Below are positions 1-9,522 of a stretch of DNA of 64,000 bases, in pieces (the first letter of the stretch is position 1; every line of letters begins with the position of its first letter). The notes under the pieces are model-generated. The model was not told where the DNA came from. It saw only the letters and a program-made list of their open reading frames with translations, and did not search any database. The position numbers were made by a program, and so were the translations under genes. Origin of the DNA: an uncultured Nitrospiraceae bacterium (lineage in GTDB: Bacteria > Nitrospirota > Nitrospiria > Nitrospirales > Nitrospiraceae); contig CAWJWJ010000002.1 of the NCBI GenBank assembly GCA_963846575.1, positions 2,784,001 through 2,848,000 of the forward strand. Reading direction: 5' to 3'.

Positions 1-698
1 GCATTGCCGCCGGTCAATACGTTGACCGTTTCCCCCACCCGCAAGATTGCGGCCACCTGCTGCGCAACCGAAAAGTCTACATGCACGGCATCGTCGATGC
101 CCTGCAGGGTCGTCAGAAACGTGCCCTCATTCAAATACTGGCCGGGATGCACGTCCGCCAGGCCCACGCGCGCACGAAACGGGGCGCGGATGGTTTTACG
201 GGCAATGATGGCCTTGGTCCGGGCTATCTGGGCGAGGGCGACCTGAAGATCCGCGCGGGCCCGATCGACCTCTTCCTGGGTGGTGGCAAGATCCTGTCTC
301 AGGTTCTGCCTGCGTGACAGGATCGTCTTCGCCAGGGCAGCCTGGGCCTCCTGCGCTTTGAGCTCGGCCTCCTCCACGGAGACGTCGAGGGTGACGAGGA
401 CGGAACCGGCCTCGACAATTTCGCCCGGCGTGAGAGCGGCGTGACGGACGGTTCCCGCCACCTCATTGCTTAAGGTAATCGAGCGCAGCGCGAGCACGGT
501 TCCGATCGACGTAGTCACGGGGCGATGTTCAAGTTGTTTGACGGTGGCGACCGTCACCGCCTCCATCTGCTCAGGTTGGTTCGCGGACGCGGCCGCCGTG
601 TTCTGCATCGCGGTATGCTTCCATTCGGCCAACAGCAGAGCGCAGGCGATCACCGTGCCAAGCAACAGAGCGGATTTGATCATAGTCTGACGGGTCAT
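1..698 (-). CDS. Efflux RND transporter periplasmic adaptor (MFP) subunit, 3' end runs off window
   Basis: Own translation from ATG at 698: MTRQTMIKSALLLGTVIACALLL...SIGTVLALRSITLSNEVAGTV...GEIVEAGSVLVTLD...KTIRAPFRARVG, i.e. the lipoyl/hairpin pattern of MFPs. Not in the ORF track because it is open at the edge. Confidence 0.85.
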   Translation of the reverse strand, partial: MTRQTMIKSALLLGTVIACALLLAEWKHTAMQNTAAASANQPEQMEAVTVATVKQLEHRPVTTSIGTVLALRSITLSNEVAGTVRHAALTPGEIVEAGSVLVTLDVSVEEAELKAQEAQAALAKTILSRRQNLRQDLATTQEEVDRARADLQVALAQIARTKAIIARKTIRAPFRARVGLADVHPGQYLNEGTFLTTLQGIDDAVHVDFSVAQQVAAILRVGETVNVLTGGN

Positions 699-908
699 GT
701 GCTGTACCCTCGCAACATCCACGGCTCCTTCTCAACTCACATGGTAACGGCCGGGGCACCGATTCATCGATTGATCCGGGTCCAGGATAATTCTCTCCTC
801 GACAGGATTCAATACATAGTCACTTCAGGCCGACTATGCGGCCTGAGAGACAGGCTGACATCTCCGTTACCCCACGAAACAAATTGCCATTCGCCAATAG
901 AACCATTT

Positions 909-1397
909 TTAAAACACCAGGCCGATTCCCGATGACTTCGCCGAGTCCGGCACGGCCTGAGGCTTGGTCGTTCCGTCCTGTGCGGACATCATGAGGGGGT
1001 GTTGCTGTCCCTTGTCGATGAGGACAACGACGAGAAGCTTCAGAGTCTTCGTTCGACTGGTGTTCTTCAACAGGTGATGCGGTGTCGAACCCAGCGTCGC
1101 GACCGTGCCCGGTTTCAGAGTCACCGGAGGCCTTCCCTCCATAGCCATCTGACCGAGACCTTCCAGGACATACAGCAGCTCCTCGGAAGGGTTAAAATGC
1201 CATGACTGAGCGGCACCAGGCTGGAGTTCCACCGTGATGATATTCCAATCCTTGCCTTCCACGCCAGGAACGTGGTTCTTCAGGAATGTGGCGGAACGGG
1301 GTTCGTTCGTCGCCGCCTGCGCATTCCGGCTGACGTCTGTCGCGAACAGCATCACCACAACCCAGGCCATGCCGAAGCGGATCATCTTTAAACCCAT
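909..1397 (-). CDS. Exported cupin domain protein
   Basis: Signal-like N-terminus, then ELQPGAAQSWHFNPSEELLYVLEG...PHHLLKN cupin pattern. Start moved to MGLKMIRF. Confidence 0.75.
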   Translation of the reverse strand: MGLKMIRFGMAWVVVMLFATDVSRNAQAATNEPRSATFLKNHVPGVEGKDWNIITVELQPGAAQSWHFNPSEELLYVLEGLGQMAMEGRPPVTLKPGTVATLGSTPHHLLKNTSRTKTLKLLVVVLIDKGQQHPLMMSAQDGTTKPQAVPDSAKSSGIGLVF

Positions 1398-1417
1398 GCC
1401 TCGTCCTCCTATCGAGC

Positions 1418-1639
1418 TCAATTCATTCCGATCGTAGCGGTACGCTGACGATTGAGCAGGATGACCGGATCCACGACGTCTCCACACTGCACGCAACGTT
1501 CAGACGGCAGATCGATCAACTGGTCCATGACCATGAGACCGCCGCAACGCGAGCAATATTCCACCCCTTTGGGAGACTTCCCCATCGGGCCCCTGATGTG
1601 GCTTGGCCCTCTCTCAGTCCTGATTGCTGTTGCCATCAT
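1418..1639 (-). CDS. Small zinc-ribbon protein (CxxC...CxxC)
   Basis: CSRCGGLMV...RCVQCGDVVDPVILLNR resembles a small-protein family I recall from Nitrospira genomes. Confidence 0.7.
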   Translation of the reverse strand: MMATAIRTERGPSHIRGPMGKSPKGVEYCSRCGGLMVMDQLIDLPSERCVQCGDVVDPVILLNRQRTATIGMN

Positions 1640-1726
1640 AGGCCTCCGTTCCTTGACCTGTCATCCTCACATGTCCCTTGATGCCCCGCACGTTTGTCGT
1701 CGGCAAGGCGTCGGATCGACAACCGG

Positions 1727-1849
1727 TCAACGGGTCCTCACGCGAACTGCCCGCATTCGAGTCTTGGCGAGCCATACGTCCCACAGTGCAGCGGCAGCCA
1801 CCAGTGCCACTGGATACAAGTACGGTGCAACTACCATCATCCAACTCAT
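1727..1849 (-). CDS. Putative 40-aa single-pass membrane protein
   Basis: MSWMMVVAPYLYPVALVAAAALWDVWLAKTRMRAVRVRTR: hydrophobic segment plus basic tail, with GAAGGGAG RBS just upstream. Confidence 0.5.
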   Translation of the reverse strand: MSWMMVVAPYLYPVALVAAAALWDVWLAKTRMRAVRVRTR

Positions 1850-1920
1850 GGCGCACTCCCTTCTCGATCGCTGCCGCCAGCACTGTGCCCGATAACGTCG
1901 CAACCGACAGGCCGGTAGTA

Positions 1921-1936
1921 CGCATAAGTCATTCCA
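1921..1936 (-). promoter_or_regulatory. Candidate sigma54 -24/-12 promoter
   Basis: Minus strand TGGAATGACTTATGCG has GG-N10-GC spacing, ~70 bp upstream of the 1849 start. Confidence 0.45.
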
Positions 1937-2134
1937 GAAATGGCACAACAGGCCGGATGAACGGGCAAGCCTCCTGGAGCCGACGTTTCAGTTCAAAACA
2001 ACGGGGACTACGGTAACGAGGGCAGTATGATGACGACCCTGTTGAGCCGACTATGCGGCACCGTGCCGAAAAATCGGCGCCTGTCCTGCCCAACGGCAGG
2101 CCCGCGGCGCCTGCAGGGAGAGCCATCAGCGGAC

Positions 2135-3277
2135 TCAATCCAAGGTCTGGTGGTAGCGCTTCACGCCGATGACCAACGCAACCGCGGCGAAGAGAAGGAT
2201 CTGCCAGAGCTGCAGGATGACATCCTCGAAACCATTTCCCTTGAGCAGAATGCCGCGCACGATTCTGAGAAAGTGGGTCAGTGGAAGCACTTCTCCGACC
2301 GTTTGGGCCCAGACCGGCATCCCCCGAAAAGGGAACATGAACCCGGACAGTAACAACGATGGCAGAAAGAAAAAGAAGGACATCTGCATCGCCTGCAACT
2401 GGTTCTGAGCCACGGTGGAAAACGTGATCCCCATGGCGAGGTTGGCGGCGATGAAGACCAGTGTGACCAGCAGGAGCAGAACGAGACTCCCGATCATGGG
2501 CACGTGAAACAGGATGGCGGATGCCAGCAGGATCAGTCCCATTTGGACATAGCCCACGAGAATGTAGGGGACGAGCTTTCCGATCATGACCTCGAAGGGA
2601 CGGGTCGGCATGGACAGGAGATTTTCCATCGTGCCGCGTTCACGTTCGCGAGTGATGGCCAAACCCGTGATCATGACCATGGTCATCGTCAGCACGACGC
2701 CCATCAAGCCGGGCACGATGTTGTATTGCGTGACCGCTTCCGGATTGTATGTGGCATGGATGCGCAGGTCGACGGGGCCGTCGCTGCCGGCCAGGTCGGC
2801 CAACGGACCTGTCAAATCACGTTGCAACGCCCTGTCGATGGTCACCCGCAGCGAGCCGATCGCGTTGCTGGTCGCGGCGGGGTCGGTGGCATCGGCTTCA
2901 ATCAACAGGGCCGGACGGTCGCCACGCAGCAGATCGCGCGTGAAATTCTCGGGGATGGTGATGACGAACTGAACTTCGCCCCGCGCGAGCGCATCGCGTG
3001 CGGCGGACTCACTCTCCACCTGCCGCACGAGGTTGAAGTAGCCACTGTTCTGAATAGCCGTCAGCAGGGTGCGGGTCTGGGGACCGTAATCAGCCATGAG
3101 CACGGCCGCCGGGAGGTGCTTCGGATCAGAATTGATGGCGAAGCCGAACAGGACGAGCTGCATGAGCGGGACACCGATCATCATGCCGAAGGTCACGCGG
3201 TCCCGTCTCATCTGGACGAATTCCTTCACCACCACGGCCCAGAACCGGGAGAGTGAGAACCTTCGGTGCCGGTTCAT
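2135..3277 (-). CDS. ABC-2 type transporter permease (YbhS/YbhR-like)
   Basis: KEFVQMRRDR, REREKG-like RERERGTMENLL, LLSGFMFP and PLTHF motifs, with several TM segments. Confidence 0.92.
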   Translation of the reverse strand: MNRHRRFSLSRFWAVVVKEFVQMRRDRVTFGMMIGVPLMQLVLFGFAINSDPKHLPAAVLMADYGPQTRTLLTAIQNSGYFNLVRQVESESAARDALARGEVQFVITIPENFTRDLLRGDRPALLIEADATDPAATSNAIGSLRVTIDRALQRDLTGPLADLAGSDGPVDLRIHATYNPEAVTQYNIVPGLMGVVLTMTMVMITGLAITRERERGTMENLLSMPTRPFEVMIGKLVPYILVGYVQMGLILLASAILFHVPMIGSLVLLLLVTLVFIAANLAMGITFSTVAQNQLQAMQMSFFFFLPSLLLSGFMFPFRGMPVWAQTVGEVLPLTHFLRIVRGILLKGNGFEDVILQLWQILLFAAVALVIGVKRYHQTLD

Positions 3278-4215
3278 GATGTGACGTTATCCGTCGAATG
3301 TTCCATCAGATGAATAAACACATCCTCGAGGCTCGACCCGATCCTGGTCCACTCGTAGGGCTCCGTGCGAAACGGCGCGATCGCCTGCTCGAGTGCCGCG
3401 GCTTCATCTCCGCTCACATGCAACATGCTGCCGAAGGCCACCGCCTGCTTGACACCCGGTTGCCCTCGCAGTTGCTCTGCGAGGGCGTGCAACCCGGGCC
3501 CGACGACCGACCATGTGGTCAGGCGGGCCCCGGCAATGACCTCCGGAACCGTCCCGTGGGTCAGCAGTTTCCCATACGACAGATAGGCCAACCGATGGCA
3601 ACGTTCTGCTTCATCCATATAATGCGTGGTGATGAGAAAGGTCAGGCCTTCGGCGGCCAGGTCATGGATGCGCTCCCAAAAGTCACGGCGCGCTTTCGGG
3701 TCCACCCCGGCCGTGGGTTCATCCAGCAATAACAGTTTCGGCCGATGAATGAGGCAGGCCGCCAATGCGAGCCGCTGCTTCCAGCCCCCGGACAATTGCC
3801 CTGCCAATTGGTGTTCCCTGCCGCGAAGGCCGAGTTGATCAATGCTCTGTTGTACGGCCTCCCTCCGACGAGGGACTGAAAAGATGCGGGCGACGAAGTC
3901 GAGATTCTCGGCGATGCTCAGGTCTTCGTAAAAACTGAACCGCTGCGTCATGTACCCGACCTCGAGCTTGATCGCCTCGCTTTCGGTGATCACATCATGC
4001 CCCAGACAGGTGCCGCTTCCTTCATCGGACCGGAGCAGCCCGCACAGCATGCGGATGAACGTGGTCTTCCCGCTGCCGTTCGGGCCGAGAAACCCGTAGA
4101 TTTCACCCCTGCGAACCTGTAGGTCGATGTGATCGACCACGGTCCGTGCACCGAACCGTTTGGTCATTCCATGCACGTCGATCACCAGATCGGTTGAGAC
4201 CCGTCCGTTCGTCAT
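3274..4215 (-). CDS. ABC transporter ATP-binding protein (YbhF-like)
   Basis: Walker A GPNGSGKT, signature LSGGWKQR, Walker B LLLLDEPT. Confidence 0.95.
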   Translation of the reverse strand: MTNGRVSTDLVIDVHGMTKRFGARTVVDHIDLQVRRGEIYGFLGPNGSGKTTFIRMLCGLLRSDEGSGTCLGHDVITESEAIKLEVGYMTQRFSFYEDLSIAENLDFVARIFSVPRRREAVQQSIDQLGLRGREHQLAGQLSGGWKQRLALAACLIHRPKLLLLDEPTAGVDPKARRDFWERIHDLAAEGLTFLITTHYMDEAERCHRLAYLSYGKLLTHGTVPEVIAGARLTTWSVVGPGLHALAEQLRGQPGVKQAVAFGSMLHVSGDEAAALEQAIAPFRTEPYEWTRIGSSLEDVFIHLMEHSTDNVTS

Positions 4216-5204
4216 CGAGCTGACCCCAGTCTCACATCGACCGGCTGCCCCGGGTGGAGGTTGGCCGCCACGTCGGCAGCAAAGACCGCTTCCACCATGA
4301 ACACGAGCTTCTTGCGGCTCTCCTGGCTGTAAATCACCGGAGGCGTGAATTCAGCCTTCGGCGACACGTAACTCACCTTGCCGCTGAGCGGCCTGTCGAT
4401 GCCGTCGATCGAGACGAGGACAGGCTGGCCCGGTTGAACAGTACCGATCAGGATCTCCGGGACGAAGGTGCGCACCTTGATGTTCTGGGGCGGCAACAAC
4501 ACTACGACCGGCCGGCCGGCTGCCACCCATTCACCCTCGCGGTACAGCGTGTCGAACACCAACCCGGCTTTGGTGGCCTTCTGGCGTTTTTGAGATAACT
4601 CCCAGTCCGCTTTGACCAGGGCGGCTTCCCTGGCCCGAACTTCCGCTCCCGCCGCCAGGACCTGGTCCTTTCGAGACCCCAACTGCGCCGTTTGCAATTC
4701 AGCCTCGAGTTCCGCCACCCGTTGACGCGTCTGGTCCCGGGTGGCGCGGGCCCGGTCGACCTCGAGTTCGACCGAGGCACCCGGGACGCCGATGAGTCCC
4801 TCCTGCCTCGTCAGTTCTCGTTCCGCAAGTTTCAAAGCCGCCCGTGCCTGTTTCAGCTGCGCCTGCATGGCGGCAATCTCTGACGGACGTTTGCCCTTCT
4901 TGACGTCTTCCCACGTGGCCCGCGCTAGCGCCAACCGCCGTTCCGCTTCATCCCTGACAGACCGTTCGGAGGTGCTGTCGAGCGTAAACAGCGGATCACC
5001 CGCGTGAACCTGGCCGCCACGCTGCACGTGAAGCGACTCCAACGCGCCGGCAAACGGCGAAGCGACATAGACGAATTCACCTTCCACATACCCTTGCAGA
5101 ACATCGCGATCCTGCTTGGCACAGCCCGCCAGGGCGCAGAGCGTCCACAATGCGGCAGCGAGGGAGACGTTCGCCGGGCGGCGCACGGTCGACAACAGGT
5201 TCAT
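4212..5204 (-). CDS. HlyD/YbhG-family membrane fusion lipoprotein
   Basis: LAGC lipobox, GYVEGE, coiled hairpin and AEFTP motif; overlaps its neighbours as an operon. Confidence 0.9.
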   Translation of the reverse strand: MNLLSTVRRPANVSLAAALWTLCALAGCAKQDRDVLQGYVEGEFVYVASPFAGALESLHVQRGGQVHAGDPLFTLDSTSERSVRDEAERRLALARATWEDVKKGKRPSEIAAMQAQLKQARAALKLAERELTRQEGLIGVPGASVELEVDRARATRDQTRQRVAELEAELQTAQLGSRKDQVLAAGAEVRAREAALVKADWELSQKRQKATKAGLVFDTLYREGEWVAAGRPVVVLLPPQNIKVRTFVPEILIGTVQPGQPVLVSIDGIDRPLSGKVSYVSPKAEFTPPVIYSQESRKKLVFMVEAVFAADVAANLHPGQPVDVRLGSAR

Positions 5205-5836
5205 GTTTTTTTCCTTACGGACCCGGTCAACACACCTTCCAGGATGACGGTCATGATGGCCGAGTACCCGCTCGTCGGCGACAGGCCCAGTTCCAGGATT
5301 CTGGGCGGGTTCATGATCGCCTGAACCGCGCTCAACAGAATGTCCATGATCACGTTGACGGGAATATCCTTGCGGATAATCCCTGACTTGCGGCCTTCCC
5401 CGAGCAACTTTCCGAAATGGCGCTGAATGATCTCCCGTCGCCGGCGCTCGACCATTCCGAAGACCTCCGGTGACTCGCGTTGCATATCCCGCACGAACGG
5501 CGGTTTGATTTCGTCGGTGTGCCGTTGCATGCAGGCCAGCAACTGATGCAGCGACGCCAGTACATCCGCCGAACCCCGCGAGGTGATCCCGTCGAGGTCC
5601 GCCTCGACATGGCGAAACTTATCCGCCAGTACGGCCTCCAATAGCAGTCTCTTGCTGGGGAAGGAGGCATACAGCGTTTTCTTGCTCATCCCCAGCTCCT
5701 CCGCCAGATCATCCATCGTGACGCGGCGGAAACCATGGCTCAGGAAATGATGACGCGCAGCAACCACGATCCGTTCGGCGGCGGACCGGGCATCCACAGT
5801 GAGCGGCGCGGTGCGGGATGATAGAGGATGTTTCAT
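5201..5836 (-). CDS. TetR/AcrR family transcriptional regulator
   Basis: HTH GFRRVTMDDLAEELGMSKKTLYASFPSK. Start placed at MKHPLSS. Confidence 0.9.
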   Translation of the reverse strand: MKHPLSSRTAPLTVDARSAAERIVVAARHHFLSHGFRRVTMDDLAEELGMSKKTLYASFPSKRLLLEAVLADKFRHVEADLDGITSRGSADVLASLHQLLACMQRHTDEIKPPFVRDMQRESPEVFGMVERRRREIIQRHFGKLLGEGRKSGIIRKDIPVNVIMDILLSAVQAIMNPPRILELGLSPTSGYSAIMTVILEGVLTGSVRKKT

Positions 5837-5846
5837 GGGTACCTTA

Positions 5847-5872
5847 GAAACTATTATAGTACTACTAGTTTC
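5847..5872. promoter_or_regulatory. Candidate TetR operator (inverted repeat) overlapping a TATAAT box
   Basis: GAAACTA-N12-TAGTTTC in an AT-rich island directly upstream of the TetR start; the minus strand contains TATAAT. Confidence 0.6.
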
Positions 5873-6014
5873 CTGATGCCCGGTCAAGGGCGTCCGCGCG
5901 TACCCCTCTGAGGCGACGGTCGGGAACGCGCGACCCGCACAACAGGGAACGTGTTGGTGTCTGTGCCGGTGAGGATGGGACGGGGGATGAGCGGCGCCGC
6001 TTCCCGGCTCCGAC

Positions 6015-8627
6015 TCAGATGGGACGAACGATGCCGAGCTTCTGCATTCGCGACTGGAGCGTCGTACGTTTCATTCCAAGTTTAGCCGCTGCGCCTTGAG
6101 GCCCACCGATGACCCAATTCGCCGCCTGCAGCGCCCGCGTGATATGGACCCGTTCTGCGGTCTCCAACGTACTCACGACAGGAGTCTCCTGGTTAGCGCG
6201 GGGCACAAGCTGCTCTAGAGCGATCTGCAACTCTCCTCCTTGAGAAAGAATCGTCGCTCGTTCGATCACATTCTCCAATTCACGCACGTTGCCGGGCCAC
6301 TCATACTGCGCCAGGGCCGTCATTCCATCGGCTGAAATCGAATCGATGCGTTTTTTCATGCGCCGGGCGAACTTCTGGGCAAAATAACGGACCAACGACG
6401 GGATATCTTCGCGGCGGTCGCGAAGCGCCGGAATAGTGAGGGGAAATACGTTCAGCCGATAATACAAATCGCTTCGAAAGATCTTCTCGTCCACCATCTG
6501 CCGGAGATCGCGATTGGTGGCCGCCAGGAGACGGATGTTCACCTTGATCGTCCGCGTCCCTCCCAATCGCTCGAACTCCTGCTCCTGCAGGACGCGCAAC
6601 AGCTTGGGCTGCAATTCCAGAGGAATGTCACCGACCTCGTCCAGAAACAGCGTTCCCCCGTCGGCAAGTTCAAACCGTCCGACCTTTTGCGCGATAGCGC
6701 CGGTAAAGGCTCCGCGCTCGTGCCCGAACAATTCGCTTTCGAGCAGCCCGGTGGGAATCGCGGCGCAGTTGAGCTTGACCAGAGTGCGTTCCCGCCGGCT
6801 GCTGCGGTCATGGATGGCCCGTGCCATCAACTCCTTTCCCGTGCCGGTTTCGCCGAGAATCAGCACGGTCGAATCCGTCGGCGCCACGATCTCCACCTGT
6901 TTTAAGACTCGCTTAAGCGCGGCGCTGTTTCCGATGATGTCCTCGAAGTCATAATCCGTTTTGATCTCTTCCTCCAGGTATAACTTTTCCTTACTCAGCT
7001 TCTCCTTGAGGTCGGCGATCTCCCGGTAGGCCAATCCGTTTTCCACCGCGATGGCGATCTGCTGCGCCACCTGATTCAGCAGCTCGACATCCTCCTGCAT
7101 AAACGCGTCGTCACGCTCCCGCCCCACATTCAGCGCGCCGAATGCCTGGTTATGTGAGAGCAGCGGCAGGCAGCAGAGGGATTTGACTCCGGCATCGAGA
7201 ATATACCTGGCAATCGGCGATATGGCGGCCATCTCCCGCAAGTCCCGCTCTCGAAAGACCGCCGGTTGCCTGGTAGTAATGGCGACTCCGGAAGGAGAAG
7301 GGACGAGTGGATTTCCGCTGCAATCTTCGATGACGGAGTGATTCTTCGTAAAATGCAGGACATAGACCCGGCAGCGCTGGGTGGCGGAATCATAGAGCAG
7401 GAGGCTGGACGCGTCGTGCTGAATGACTTTGCGCAGGCACTCGCTCACGGCGGTGAAGACCGCGCTCAAGTCTAAATGGGAGACGACGGCATTATTGACC
7501 TCCAGCAGCATCCGCTGCCGGTCGCGCTCCCGGGCCAACTGCTCTTGAGCGGCCAGGGCCGCCTGCGCGTTGAGGGTATTGTCCACCGCCACGGCCACTT
7601 GCTTCGCCACCTCCCGCATGAAGGCGAGTTCATCCGATTGATAGACTTTCGGTTGCAGGCTTCCGAATCCCATCGCACCGAGACGCCGCTGCGCCGTCGT
7701 GAGCGGAACGGCGCAAAACGATCGGACCCCGTTTTCCCGCAACAGTGTCAGGAGCTTCGGAAAGCGCGACTCCTGGGCGATGTCGTTGACGATCAACGGC
7801 TGTTGGTATTGCCAGACCCATCCCCCCGGGGATTCCGCCACCGGCGTTTCCAACCCGGGGGTAATCGTGCTGGGTTGCGAGGTGGCCAGAAACCAGAGAC
7901 GCATCACGTCGCGGCCGGCCTCATGCAGAATCACGTTGATGTAATCGAAGGGAACCAGGTGAGGGAGACGCCGGGCGAGATCGCGCAGCAACTCGTCCAG
8001 ATCGCGGTGCGAGGCGATGGATTCCGATACTTCCAGGAGCAGACGCAACTGATCGCGGTCACGGGCTAACTCCTGATGGTGGAGCACATTGTCCACCGCC
8101 ACGGCGATCTGCTTGCCGACCTGTTCAAGAAATTCCACGTCCCTCTCGTCATAGGGTGCCTTGCGCAGGCTCGCGAACCCCAGGGTGCCAAGCCGGCGAA
8201 GGGCCGTGGTCAGCGGCACGATGCAGATGGAATTGACGCCGTCCTCCCGCATAAGCCCGATAGTCCCCGGCCAGCGGCGTTCTTCTGTGAGATCGGGGAT
8301 GAGGAGCGGTTGCTGCGTGTGCAGTACCAATCCGCTGGGGGACTCGTCGAGCGGGCATTCGTGGCCGCCCACGATGTCGGCCGGAACATTAGCCTGAATG
8401 CTGTGGGAACGGATCAGCTCCCGAGCGGGATCATACAGCGAGAGGGCCACAAAATTGACCTGCACGACCTGGGGAAGCCGCTGCGCAAGATCACGAAACA
8501 ATTCATGCAGATCCCGGTGAGCCGCAATGGCTTTCGACACTTCGAGCAATGCGCGATGCCGCACAATTTCCAACTCGTGCGCCTGAATATGTTCACTCTC
8601 GTCGATCATGCGCAGAATCCGTTTCAA
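6015..8627 (-). CDS. FhlA-like sigma54-dependent activator with three GAF domains
   Basis: Three repeated GAF-like units, [24 protein letters not shown] and a C-terminal Fis HTH. Confidence 0.93.
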   Translation of the reverse strand: MKRILRMIDESEHIQAHELEIVRHRALLEVSKAIAAHRDLHELFRDLAQRLPQVVQVNFVALSLYDPARELIRSHSIQANVPADIVGGHECPLDESPSGLVLHTQQPLLIPDLTEERRWPGTIGLMREDGVNSICIVPLTTALRRLGTLGFASLRKAPYDERDVEFLEQVGKQIAVAVDNVLHHQELARDRDQLRLLLEVSESIASHRDLDELLRDLARRLPHLVPFDYINVILHEAGRDVMRLWFLATSQPSTITPGLETPVAESPGGWVWQYQQPLIVNDIAQESRFPKLLTLLRENGVRSFCAVPLTTAQRRLGAMGFGSLQPKVYQSDELAFMREVAKQVAVAVDNTLNAQAALAAQEQLARERDRQRMLLEVNNAVVSHLDLSAVFTAVSECLRKVIQHDASSLLLYDSATQRCRVYVLHFTKNHSVIEDCSGNPLVPSPSGVAITTRQPAVFRERDLREMAAISPIARYILDAGVKSLCCLPLLSHNQAFGALNVGRERDDAFMQEDVELLNQVAQQIAIAVENGLAYREIADLKEKLSKEKLYLEEEIKTDYDFEDIIGNSAALKRVLKQVEIVAPTDSTVLILGETGTGKELMARAIHDRSSRRERTLVKLNCAAIPTGLLESELFGHERGAFTGAIAQKVGRFELADGGTLFLDEVGDIPLELQPKLLRVLQEQEFERLGGTRTIKVNIRLLAATNRDLRQMVDEKIFRSDLYYRLNVFPLTIPALRDRREDIPSLVRYFAQKFARRMKKRIDSISADGMTALAQYEWPGNVRELENVIERATILSQGGELQIALEQLVPRANQETPVVSTLETAERVHITRALQAANWVIGGPQGAAAKLGMKRTTLQSRMQKLGIVRPI

Positions 8628-8829
8628 GCCCGTGACATCCGGAGTGACGATTGATCCCTGTCAAAGAAACACGTGTGCAGTCGAGGCTCCTTCCGCGCGG
8701 CCTCACCGGGCCACAGGCACTCCCCGGGCCTCAGGAGGCAGCCCACCGGAGGGCCCCATTTTGGACGCGTTCGCGTAAATTGTCGAGATGAGACAAACGT
8801 GCCGGGAGAGGGAAGCGGGCGCGATAGGA

Positions 8830-9513
8830 TCAGGATGGACGGGAGGCGGCGAGGATCTGCTCACGATCGAAAGCCAGGAAGTCTCCGATCCGTGCAATCG
8901 AAAGGTCGGCCGGAGGGAAGGTTCGCTCGGCCTCAGCCTCCCTGGCGTAATGTCCCTGACGGGCGAAGACCGTGGTCACCCGGCTTCCCCAGTATTTTTT
9001 GACCGCGGTGAGTATCCGCAGTTTATCATCGACCAGGACGTACTGGTCGGCGGGGTACCGCCGCTCGACGTCCTCCAGCTCCTGCTCCTTGTGGATATAG
9101 ATCAGCACCTGCTCTTCCACCGCGTGGAGCAAACCCGAGCAATCGATCTTGCGCGGCTGAAAGACGACGTCTCCATCGGAGAGAATGACCGCCTTCCCCC
9201 AGTGGCGCACATGGCGCACCACCTCGAGGGCCTGCGGAAAGAGCCGCTGGGCAAAGGGATAATTCACCAGAAAGTGCGACACCGTCAGGAGATGCGGATC
9301 GCGCGGATACTGCAGGCGATACCGTTGCAACGCGCCGAGGTAATCCACATAGCCCAGCTCCCGGCGCAGTTGCTCGAAAATCTCCCAGTATTGCTGCTCC
9401 CGCGTCGATCCGACGGCCTGCTCCAGATGCTGTTTAAGATCCGCCGTCACGCGGTCATTGTCCAGCAAGGTGTTGTCAACGTCGAACAGCACCACCATCG
9501 TGGGAGACGTCAT
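8830..9513 (-). CDS. HAD family hydrolase
   Basis: Motif I FDVDNTL; ILSDGD; VDDK. Confidence 0.85.
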   Translation of the reverse strand: MTSPTMVVLFDVDNTLLDNDRVTADLKQHLEQAVGSTREQQYWEIFEQLRRELGYVDYLGALQRYRLQYPRDPHLLTVSHFLVNYPFAQRLFPQALEVVRHVRHWGKAVILSDGDVVFQPRKIDCSGLLHAVEEQVLIYIHKEQELEDVERRYPADQYVLVDDKLRILTAVKKYWGSRVTTVFARQGHYAREAEAERTFPPADLSIARIGDFLAFDREQILAASRPS

Positions 9514-9522
9514 GCCCGCCCT

